Assembly (NCBI GenBank): GCA_944384425.1 | Contig: CALWTI010000003.1 | Span: 1 to 48,776, forward strand | Direction: 5' to 3' | DNA from: an uncultured Clostridia bacterium | GTDB lineage: Bacteria > Bacillota > Clostridia > Christensenellales > UBA1242 | Length of the DNA: 48,776 nucleotides | In this document: positions 40,688-48,116 of the stretch, piece after piece | Numbering within the stretch: position 1 is the stretch's first letter | Layout of the letters: each line of letters begins with the position of its first letter | Program-made: the position numbers and the translations under genes | The notes under the pieces: generated by a model | The model's database searches: none | What the model was told of the DNA's origin: nothing | Seen by the model: only the letters and a program-made list of their open reading frames with translations

Positions 40688-41290
40688 TTATATTTTTCTA
40701 ATAATAGCAACTACTTTTCCGACAACGCTTATGTTTTTGCCTTCGATTGGTTGATATAAAGGGTTTGCAGGATGCAACGATATCTTGTCTTCGTTTTTAT
40801 AAAAATATTTAACAGTTGCTTTATCTTCAACCATAGCGACGGCAATTTCTCCATTTTCAACGGTGTTTTGAGAATGAACTATTGCCAAATCTCCGTCATT
40901 GATTCCTGCATCAATCATACTGTCGCCTCTTACTTTTAGTGCAAAAAGAAGACTATCATCATAATTTCCGATAAGGGAAGAGGAGATTACGAGTCGTTCT
41001 TCAATATTTTGCTCTGCAAGAATTGGTTGCCCAGCCGCAACTCGCCCGACAACAGGGAAATTCACAGTTGGTATTTCTTGTTTAACTAAATCAATACTTC
41101 TGCTTTTGAATCCAGATTTTTTAATGTAACCAGCGAGTTCAAGTCTATCAAGATATTTTTTTACGGAGTTTATTGATTTTAGATTGACATTTGCCGAAAT
41201 TTCACGATAGGTTGGTGGATATCCAGAATTTTTGGTATATTCTTCAATAAAAGATAATATATCTTGCATTTTTTGTTCTGACTTTTTCAT
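40688..41290 (-). CDS. lexA: LexA repressor
   Basis: N-terminal wHTH (GYPPTYREI); GDSM catalytic Ser motif; C-terminal VVGKVVAIIRK. Confidence 0.93.
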   Translation of the reverse strand: MKKSEQKMQDILSFIEEYTKNSGYPPTYREISANVNLKSINSVKKYLDRLELAGYIKKSGFKSRSIDLVKQEIPTVNFPVVGRVAAGQPILAEQNIEERLVISSSLIGNYDDSLLFALKVRGDSMIDAGINDGDLAIVHSQNTVENGEIAVAMVEDKATVKYFYKNEDKISLHPANPLYQPIEGKNISVVGKVVAIIRKI

Positions 41291-41337
41291 ATTTTTTCCT
41301 TTTTCGGTTTAATAATAACAAACTTTTAGTCAAAAGT

Positions 41338-41351
41338 CAAACATTTGTTCT
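41338..41351 (-). promoter_or_regulatory. Cheo-type LexA box overlapping the lexA -35
   Basis: Minus strand AGAACAAATGTTTG (GAAC-N4-GTTT), followed by TTGACT-17-TATTAT. Confidence 0.7.
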
Positions 41352-41358
41352 ATTTTTA

Positions 41359-42384
41359 CTACCTAAGTTTTACTTTATCGGCCACACTGCGTCTTATATC
41401 TTCGCTCATTGCTGCATAGTGCTTTTTGGTTGTATTTACATCTTTATGTCCCAAAACTTCTGCAACAACATAAATGTCGCCGGTTTCACGATACAAATTT
41501 GTGCCGTAGGTGCTTCTTAATTTGTGAGGTGAAATCTTTTTAAGTGGCGAGGCGATTTTGCTATATTTTTTAACTAAGTTTTCAACTGCACGAGTTGTTA
41601 TTCGCTTTTTTTGAAGTGACACAAAAAGGGCATTTTCTTTGCTGTTTTCAAGCCATATTGCTCTGTCATCAAGCCACTTTAAAAGCGCATCTTTGACTTC
41701 ATCAGAAAAGTACAAAATCACTTGGTTTCCACCTTTGCGTGTAACTTTAAATGAGTTGTTGTCAAAATCAACGTCATTTATATTTATGCCCACGCATTCG
41801 CTGACACGAATTCCAGTTCCAAGAAACAGGCTCAAAATAGCAACATCTCTTGACCTTGTGTGCTTGTTATAAGCTTGTTGGCGTTTTGTCATATGGTCGG
41901 GACAATCTGCTTCATTGATGAGCTTTGCCACTTCATCGACTTCAAGGCGTATGATGTCTTTGCTATGTATTTTGGGTGTGTCAACTTTTGCTGCAACGTC
42001 GGTTTTTATATTGTCATTTTTAAAGTTGTATTTAAAAAAGCTCTTAATAGTCGAGATTTTTCTTGCTTTTCCTTTTTCGCCATTATGATAAGTTTTTCCG
42101 TTATATTCATAATAGGTAAGATAGCTCAAATACATTTCAATATCACGAATTTTCAAGCTTTCTAGGTCAGCAAATGTAATATCTTTTACATTTTTTTTAA
42201 ACACGTTGTTTGCTAAGTAATTGAAAAAAATTTCCAAATCTTTGCTGTAATTTAATCTTGTTAATGGTGAAGTGTAATTTTCAATTGACAAGAAAAAATT
42301 CAAGCAATAGTCGGGGAGTTTTTCAAGACTTTTACTTATTCCATTTTGACATTTAATTTCACGTTCTTTAACAAAATCACTCAT
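41359..42384 (-). CDS. Xer-family tyrosine recombinase (XerC/D/S-like)
   Basis: SAM-like N-domain (LTRLNYSKDLEIFFNYL); catalytic TGIRVSE, VTRKGGN, HKLRST and LGHKDVNTTKKHY. Confidence 0.88.
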   Translation of the reverse strand: MSDFVKEREIKCQNGISKSLEKLPDYCLNFFLSIENYTSPLTRLNYSKDLEIFFNYLANNVFKKNVKDITFADLESLKIRDIEMYLSYLTYYEYNGKTYHNGEKGKARKISTIKSFFKYNFKNDNIKTDVAAKVDTPKIHSKDIIRLEVDEVAKLINEADCPDHMTKRQQAYNKHTRSRDVAILSLFLGTGIRVSECVGININDVDFDNNSFKVTRKGGNQVILYFSDEVKDALLKWLDDRAIWLENSKENALFVSLQKKRITTRAVENLVKKYSKIASPLKKISPHKLRSTYGTNLYRETGDIYVVAEVLGHKDVNTTKKHYAAMSEDIRRSVADKVKLR

Positions 42385-42462
42385 ACCGACATTTTAGCAA
42401 AACAAAAACAAGTTGTAAATAAATTATTGACTAATTGTTTGATTTAAGTTTATTATAATAAT

Positions 42463-43422
42463 ATGAAAAATCAAATTTTTTCTTTTGATAAAGCGTATAT
42501 TGAAACTTTTGCAAGAGGCGTAAGTTATTCATATGTTGAAAATGCTTATAGCATTTTTCTTGATATTTTAGATGAATCAATGCAAGCTATCACGAAATTT
42601 CGACCTGTTGTAACAGACTATAATTGCCAAATAGTAAATGAATGTTTAAACGATGCACAGCTTCAAAATTCAACACTTGATATTTTTATGAATATAAAAT
42701 CTCCACAACTTGAGCTTGGCTTAGTTAAACTAAACAAAAACTATATAAAAAAATGGTTTAACAAGTTAAAATTGGCATGGTCAAGCAATAAAAAACCAAA
42801 GAAAAAAAGATGGTGGCAAAGAAAAAATAAAACAAAAACCGACAAAAATGACGAAATTAAAATAGGCGAGAAATATGATTTTCAGGCATTTAAGAAACAA
42901 TTGATGCTTGAACTAGCAAAAAGATTTACACCAAAAACAACAATATATGTGTCAAGTTATGGTTTGCTTGTTCTTTGTAGCGAAGATTTGGGCATGGACA
43001 TAAATCTTTTTATATGTTTTTCAAATGGTGAAAAATACACTTTATTCAATGAGCTGACAATGAACTTGACTTACATTGAATTTAAAGATAGAGAAAAAAA
43101 TATTCACACAAAAAGATTAAGTACAAATGATAATTTTGTAAAAGCGCTTAGAATTTTCAATGGTTTGTATAGAAATATTTATTCAAAGCCATTAAATCAA
43201 ATTTTGCTAGAAAGTGTTTTGTATAATTGCCCAGATGAATTATTTGAAAACAATGCTTATGATATGTTTATAAAACTTATAAATTTTATAAATGTAAGTG
43301 CTATGCAAACTTTTAAATCAATAACAGATGACGAAACTTCAATAATAAAAAACAATTTAATACCACAAAGCGAAATTTATGATTTTGTGAACTTTTTAAA
43401 GAATTTGGCAAAATTACTATAA
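42463..43422 (+). CDS. Orphan 319-aa protein, possibly a degenerate nucleotidyltransferase fold with a polybasic insertion
   Basis: No SD. TTGACT-18-TATTAT ends 6 nt before the ATG, so the mRNA is possibly leaderless. Carries a KKPKKKRWWQRKNKTK insert. The C-terminal LLESVLYNCPDELF resembles NTase-family helices. Confidence 0.6.
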   Translation: MKNQIFSFDKAYIETFARGVSYSYVENAYSIFLDILDESMQAITKFRPVVTDYNCQIVNECLNDAQLQNSTLDIFMNIKSPQLELGLVKLNKNYIKKWFNKLKLAWSSNKKPKKKRWWQRKNKTKTDKNDEIKIGEKYDFQAFKKQLMLELAKRFTPKTTIYVSSYGLLVLCSEDLGMDINLFICFSNGEKYTLFNELTMNLTYIEFKDREKNIHTKRLSTNDNFVKALRIFNGLYRNIYSKPLNQILLESVLYNCPDELFENNAYDMFIKLINFINVSAMQTFKSITDDETSIIKNNLIPQSEIYDFVNFLKNLAKLL

Positions 43423-43445
43423 TTTTCGCCTATTCTATGCCTTAT

Positions 43446-43473
43446 TATTCGCAAAAGCTGTCTTTTGTGAATA
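43446..43473. promoter_or_regulatory. dif-like 11-6-11 recombination site, left prophage junction
   Basis: TATTCGCAAAA-GCTGTC-TTTTGTGAATA; arms are 10/11 inverted repeats; identity with the copy at 48684 begins within the spacer. Confidence 0.6.
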
Positions 43474-43538
43474 TTTAAACATCTTTGACTGTATCAATGT
43501 AGTTTTCGAGCACTATTCTCATCAAATCGCTTGTTTTT
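43462..43538. repeat. Direct repeat, left copy (identical to 48700-48776)
   Basis: 77/77 identity at an offset of exactly 5,238 bp; the right copy is cut by the window end. Confidence 0.95.
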
Positions 43539-43618
43539 CTACGTTTTTCGCTTGCTAGTTGCTTGAAATTGTCTATTGTTTCTTGTTTTAGTCTAATACC
43601 ACAAAATACTTTTTGCAT
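43475..43618 (-). CDS. Ribbon-helix-helix (CopG/Arc-like) DNA-binding protein, 47 aa
   Basis: MQKVFCGIRLKQETIDNFKQLASEKRRKTSDLMRIVLENYIDTVKDV. Strand-helix-helix pattern; aaggagg SD 7 nt upstream; below the ORF-track cutoff. Confidence 0.75.
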   Translation of the reverse strand: MQKVFCGIRLKQETIDNFKQLASEKRRKTSDLMRIVLENYIDTVKDV

Positions 43619-43657
43619 TTATATACCTCCTTTTAATTAAATTTATTTGTTTAATTT

Positions 43658-43692
43658 TGTTAAACATTTTAACTATATATCATTGTTTAACA
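43658..43692. promoter_or_regulatory. Two TGTTWAACA palindromes in the RHH promoter region
   Basis: tgttaaaca at 43658-66 (inside GTTAAAcatTTTAAC) and tgtttaaca at 43684-92; a third copy lies at 48673-81. Confidence 0.5.
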
Positions 43693-43906
43693 TTTTGCCA
43701 ACAGTTTTTTCAAAAAATTTTGTTTGTTGCTCCCCTGCCCTACCCTAATAGTATAGCGCTTGCGCGTGGGGTATGGGGTTATTGACCCCATTAAAGCCCC
43801 AAATAACGCATTTTTAGAGCCTAGAACGAACGAAACGAACGCGGACGAGTAGTTATATACCCTCAACACTCTTTCGTGTGTTTATGAGCCTAAAAAAAGG
43901 CAAAGC

Positions 43907-44956
43907 TTAGTTTTTTCGCTTCGCCTTTTTAATTCTCTCACGTATGATATCCTCTTTTTGCATTAAATATTGCTTTTCTGTCAAGCTTGTGTTTTTTAAC
44001 ACCTTTTCTCTGTTCCATTTTGCCATAAATTTGCGCTGTTCTTTTATCTCTTCGATTTTCTCTGGGTTTTCTAGTTCGTATAACAAATCAAAATATCTTG
44101 GTGGCTTCGCTGATCTTACATTGCCCTTTCCGTCAGATAAGAAAATTTCGTCACTTTCATATATCAAGTCTTTGTTTTTTTCAAAGTAATTTTTGCCAAT
44201 GCCCGGCTTTCTTGACATTCTGACGAATTCAGGCACAAGCCCTTGCTTTTTATACCACTCTGCATCAATTCCCTGTTGTTTCTTCATAACATATCTAGCA
44301 GTATATGCGCAAGTTTCCCAACTTAACTTGCCAATAGATATTATGCCATTGCCCCAAAGTTCTTCTATGGCTTTAGATGTAAATATCTGGTCTTCTTGAA
44401 AATTCTTAAACATTGGTTTTTTGTCTGGAATAGGCATGTTGAATATCAACGCGTGATAGTGTGGCCTTTTTGTTTTGTCGCCATACTCTCCACATGCATA
44501 AAATCTTATGCCTGGGTTTGTATCTGTCTTTTTCCATCCGTATGTATACTCCCAATGCCGTCGCAACCGTTTAAAAAAGTTTTGCAAGTCCTTGGGCTGT
44601 AAAGTTCCCTTTATTGACTTTTCCCCGGTTTCTTTGTCAACATGTTCGACAGTGTGCAGATGTGCATCATCATAAGTGAGAGTTACAAAGTAATTTTCTT
44701 TCCACTGTTTAGCTTCTAGCATACATCTGTTGGCCCACGTCTTGGCATAGTCCATCCGACATCCAAGGCACTTACCACAAGGAACTTTAACTACTCTTTT
44801 TTCGAGCCAATCGTCAGTGATTTTTTCTCCGTAATAGTATTCTGCAACTATTAGCTCTGATGCTATTTTGCTTTCCGTTGTTATTATTAGCTTTTTCTTG
44901 CCACTTGGAAGAGTTAGCCCGGTATCACGCATAAGTAATGGATGAAAGCATGTCAC
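43907..44956 (-). CDS. Microviridae replication initiation protein (VP4/A-like, HUH)
   Basis: CGKCLGCR, YFVTLTYD, RPHYHALIF (HUH) and YTARYVMKK motifs; GTG start after ggagg. Confidence 0.92.
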   Translation of the reverse strand: MTCFHPLLMRDTGLTLPSGKKKLIITTESKIASELIVAEYYYGEKITDDWLEKRVVKVPCGKCLGCRMDYAKTWANRCMLEAKQWKENYFVTLTYDDAHLHTVEHVDKETGEKSIKGTLQPKDLQNFFKRLRRHWEYTYGWKKTDTNPGIRFYACGEYGDKTKRPHYHALIFNMPIPDKKPMFKNFQEDQIFTSKAIEELWGNGIISIGKLSWETCAYTARYVMKKQQGIDAEWYKKQGLVPEFVRMSRKPGIGKNYFEKNKDLIYESDEIFLSDGKGNVRSAKPPRYFDLLYELENPEKIEEIKEQRKFMAKWNREKVLKNTSLTEKQYLMQKEDIIRERIKKAKRKN

Positions 44957-44985
44957 GTTTTCCTCCTTTTAAGATTAATCAAAAT

Positions 44986-45049
44986 GTCGACGTGATCGTC
45001 GACGTTGAGCTCAGCACAAATACTATTACTTGATTATATTTGTGCTGAG
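44986..45049. other. Two perfect hairpins in the VP2-VP4 intergenic region
   Basis: gtcgacg-tgat-cgtcgac (44986-45003); ctcagcacaaata-14 nt-tatttgtgctgag (45010-45049). Confidence 0.8.
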
Positions 45050-45063
45050 TGACACAAAATTGC

Positions 45064-45507
45064 TTATTTTAGCAATTTTAACAAACTGATTGCTGTGTTT
45101 ACAATGCTTGTTGGACTGTCTTGTTTTTTGCCGTTTGTGCTTGCAATACTTTTGACAAGTCCCGCGGCTGCATTAATGTTGTTAGCAAGTGATGCGCCAT
45201 GATTATTATTATTAGTGAATGCATTATTTCCACTTGCTGCCATTCCTGTTGGTGTGCTTGCGCCACCCTGTTGGAAGGCAAGCGCCGGGTTAAGCCCGGC
45301 CGCTTCCATGTCTTTAATTGCCCGTTGATATGATGTGTTGCTCATGTATTCTTCCCACTGTCTTTGTTTAAGCGCTTCTTGTGCGTTGAATTGGCGTGTT
45401 ATTTCTGCTTGTTCGGCATTGTACTGCCTTTCTTTTGCTGCTGTTCCAAAGCCTAGCCAATCCTTTATGTTTTCCCACGTACCTTGATTTTGATAGTTAA
45501 ACTCCAT
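45064..45507 (-). CDS. Microviridae DNA pilot/minor capsid protein (VP2-like, short)
   Basis: NTSYQRAIKDMEAAGLNPALAF motif typical of VP2; G/A/N-rich C-terminal half. Confidence 0.85.
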   Translation of the reverse strand: MEFNYQNQGTWENIKDWLGFGTAAKERQYNAEQAEITRQFNAQEALKQRQWEEYMSNTSYQRAIKDMEAAGLNPALAFQQGGASTPTGMAASGNNAFTNNNNHGASLANNINAAAGLVKSIASTNGKKQDSPTSIVNTAISLLKLLK

Positions 45508-45517
45508 AAATCACCTC

Positions 45518-47290
45518 TTAATTATGGTCAATTAGTCCTGGGATGCTGTACATTGGCATTGGCCTTGCTGCTTTTATTGAAAAGTAGAAGTCGCATGTAA
45601 ATTGGTCACTTACTGTACTTTGTACTGCCAATGTTTGGTCAATTGCTTCTGTTCCCTCGTCGTTAAATTCTTGGCTTAATGTAGGCAATGTTTCAAATTC
45701 TAGTCCGTAGTGCCAAATATTTCCATTTTTTTCCGCATTACTTCGTAGTTGACCTGTGATCAAGTTTGGGTTATATCTGTATTCTGCCCATGCCTCCTGG
45801 TAGCCGAACACTTCATTGTCTTTATTATTGTCTTCTTCTGTTTTTTGACTTCCTGCTTGAGTTATGTAAAGTTCTTTGTTTAATATAGGTTGTTCCCCAA
45901 TGTTTGCTAATGCTGGCCAATAATAGTCAAATCTTCTAGTCCTTGACCAAAGTTTGTTAATGCCTTGTTGGTAACTATTTACAACTCTTACACATGCTAG
46001 TCCAATTATGAACCCGTGCTCAGTGAAAGATTTTGTGAAGCTTCGATTACTCCCGGCAGTGTTTGAAAATGCTGCAGCATTTCCTTGTGGTGAATTTTCT
46101 GTACCTTCGCTTGTTTGTAGGACTTGCATCATGTTTATTGGACAACGTTTTCCGCCCAGGTACTCCGGCCTTTGTTGGCGCGCATCTGCTGACGTTACCC
46201 CGAAATTGCTTTTAATAATTTCGATATATCTAGTTCCTCCGCGCGCATCTTTTTCGAGTTGTCTTTGTACAGCAAAGGCAAGACGTATGTCATTTATGTT
46301 AATTGCTGTTGCATTTGTTAGGTCGGCTATCATACCGCTTAGATTTGGATCTGTTGTTAGTCCCATTATTGTTGGATTTGATGGCGCTGCGTTTACTGAT
46401 GTTATTTTATCTCCTGTGTTCTTTCTAGTTTCTTCGCTTGATGCATATAATCCTGTTATGCCGTTTTTGGCTGGCTCTGTTACTCCTTCTAGTATATTAT
46501 TTGTTGTTGCAGTTGCTGCTACTAAGTTCCATGTGTAGTCATTTACAGTTGATGCCCCTGGTGCTTCAAGTCCTATTGCTGTCCCATTTCCTATTACGGG
46601 AGCACTGTCTCCAAGTGGTATTGTTATTGGGCTACCTTTTTGTGGTTCAGGCAGTGCACTTGTAAAGTAGTCGTGTAATTTTGCCACCTTCAAACATTTT
46701 GTAGTTCCTGCTTGTACATATTTCGCTGTAGGGAATGCTATTATGTTGCCATCCACATTTTTTTGCACGTCTAGTGGTGCAATTATATTTTGGTTTCTGA
46801 ACCATTCATTGTAGATTAGTACATATCCTCTGAATGGTAGAGCGTTAACTCCTTTTTCTGGTCTTGTAATGTTTTGTAATCCTATGCACTTTTTTGTTGG
46901 AATTCCCATGTGGTCGCCGATGCTACCCGGTTCATATGTTGTTATTATTGTTGGTATCTGATATTCTGTCTCTTCTTCGTCCCATTCTCCCGTTTTATTT
47001 TCGCCCATAAATTCTGGCCAATGGTCCCAAACTAATCTGTTTGGTACAAAGAAATAATATAGGTCCAAGTATGCTGTATCCATAACCGGTTTTAATGGCG
47101 TATTCATACGAATAACATATCCGGTATCAATGTTGAATGTGTCCCCCGGTAATATTTCTTGTACGAGAATTGGGACTAATTCACCCTCATTAAAAGTTGT
47201 TTTGTGACCGTGACTTAGGTCGAATATGCTTCTTTTTATGTCCACATTTGGTAGTTTGCTAAAATGTAGTTCTGTGTTTCTATTCGCCAT
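45518..47290 (-). CDS. Microviridae major capsid protein (VP1/F)
   Basis: FSKLPNVDIKRSIFDLSHGHKTTFNEGELVPILVQEILPGDTF N-terminus; 590 aa; aggagg SD. Confidence 0.93.
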   Translation of the reverse strand: MANRNTELHFSKLPNVDIKRSIFDLSHGHKTTFNEGELVPILVQEILPGDTFNIDTGYVIRMNTPLKPVMDTAYLDLYYFFVPNRLVWDHWPEFMGENKTGEWDEEETEYQIPTIITTYEPGSIGDHMGIPTKKCIGLQNITRPEKGVNALPFRGYVLIYNEWFRNQNIIAPLDVQKNVDGNIIAFPTAKYVQAGTTKCLKVAKLHDYFTSALPEPQKGSPITIPLGDSAPVIGNGTAIGLEAPGASTVNDYTWNLVAATATTNNILEGVTEPAKNGITGLYASSEETRKNTGDKITSVNAAPSNPTIMGLTTDPNLSGMIADLTNATAININDIRLAFAVQRQLEKDARGGTRYIEIIKSNFGVTSADARQQRPEYLGGKRCPINMMQVLQTSEGTENSPQGNAAAFSNTAGSNRSFTKSFTEHGFIIGLACVRVVNSYQQGINKLWSRTRRFDYYWPALANIGEQPILNKELYITQAGSQKTEEDNNKDNEVFGYQEAWAEYRYNPNLITGQLRSNAEKNGNIWHYGLEFETLPTLSQEFNDEGTEAIDQTLAVQSTVSDQFTCDFYFSIKAARPMPMYSIPGLIDHN

Positions 47291-47717
47291 CTTTTACCTC
47301 CTGTTGTTTTGGTTGTTCGATTTTATAAGCTTTTAAAATATCTTGCTGAGTTATTTGCTCCCCGCTTATTATTTTTTCTTTTAGTTCTTCTGGCATAGCC
47401 TGGTATTTTTGCCCGGCATTTTGCGCCATTGCGTTTAGGTCATTAATGTTATTTGGTGTTATGGTGCTGTCACCGTAGTTAAGTGCTGGTTTTTTGTAGA
47501 GTACTCCCAAATCTCCATTTTTGAAGCGTTCAAGGATGTTGTATATCATTGTGTCTTCTTTGCCCTCTTGAATTTTGGCGTAAACGTTAACTTTGCCGGT
47601 TTCTTTGTAGTCAATTGACCCATCTTTGTTGGTTATGCGTTTAATTATTCTTCTAAATCCGTCTCCTGTTGCCCCTTTGCCTTGTTTTGGCGGATTTTGC
47701 ATTGTTAGAAATTTCAT
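47280..47717 (-). CDS. Microviridae internal scaffolding protein (VP3-like)
   Basis: Position upstream of and overlapping VP1; EDTMIYNILERFKNGD resembles the VP3 DINxIxxxFxKTG segment. Confidence 0.7.
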   Translation of the reverse strand: MKFLTMQNPPKQGKGATGDGFRRIIKRITNKDGSIDYKETGKVNVYAKIQEGKEDTMIYNILERFKNGDLGVLYKKPALNYGDSTITPNNINDLNAMAQNAGQKYQAMPEELKEKIISGEQITQQDILKAYKIEQPKQQEVKDGE

Positions 47718-47738
47718 GTTACTCTCCTTTTAAATTTC

Positions 47739-47858
47739 CTATAAATAAGCTCTTTCTATTGATTGTAGTATTCTGATTGCTTCAAGTGGTTTTATTTTGT
47801 TTTTAAATAGAATTTTTGTAATTTCTTCTATAATTTCAACTGCTTTTTTTTTATCCAT
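47739..47858 (-). CDS. Small phage ORF (39 aa), not in ORF track
   Basis: MDKKKAVEIIEEITKILFKNKIKPLEAIRILQSIERAYL; ATG directly follows the upstream stop; ggtgag SD. Confidence 0.5.
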   Translation of the reverse strand: MDKKKAVEIIEEITKILFKNKIKPLEAIRILQSIERAYL

Positions 47859-48116
47859 TTACTCACCTTCTTTTATAATAAAGTCATTTGCTTTAGCAAT
47901 ATATTTTGGTTGGGTTGCTGTAATCTCTCCTGTCTGGTCGTTGTACTCGCCCATTGTCCACAGCTCTTTGTCGTCTGGATAAGTGTTGACTTGGTTTGGC
48001 TGTTGTGCTTGTGCCATTCCGCTAAATGCTCTTACTGCTACCGCGTCATTTTGCATCACAAAAGGTGCTGTAAATCCTATTTTTGTATCTTTTATTGCAT
48101 ATATTTTACTTATCAT
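47859..48116 (-). CDS. Conserved-looking small microvirus protein (85 aa; VP5-like?)
   Basis: IYAIKDTKIGFTAPFVMQNDAVAVRAF N-terminus resembles small gokushovirus-type proteins; gaggag SD. Confidence 0.7.
   Translation of the reverse strand: MISKIYAIKDTKIGFTAPFVMQNDAVAVRAFSGMAQAQQPNQVNTYPDDKELWTMGEYNDQTGEITATQPKYIAKANDFIIKEGE

Noticed and set aside
43824-43841. GAACGAACGAAACGAACG as LexA (Cheo) boxes
   Set aside because: The half-sites are direct repeats, not the inverted GAAC-N4-GTTC arrangement LexA requires.
43687-43869. 60-aa minus-strand ORF in the phage non-coding block
   Set aside because: No SD and an implausible sequence. It overlaps the GC-rich hairpins and iterons.
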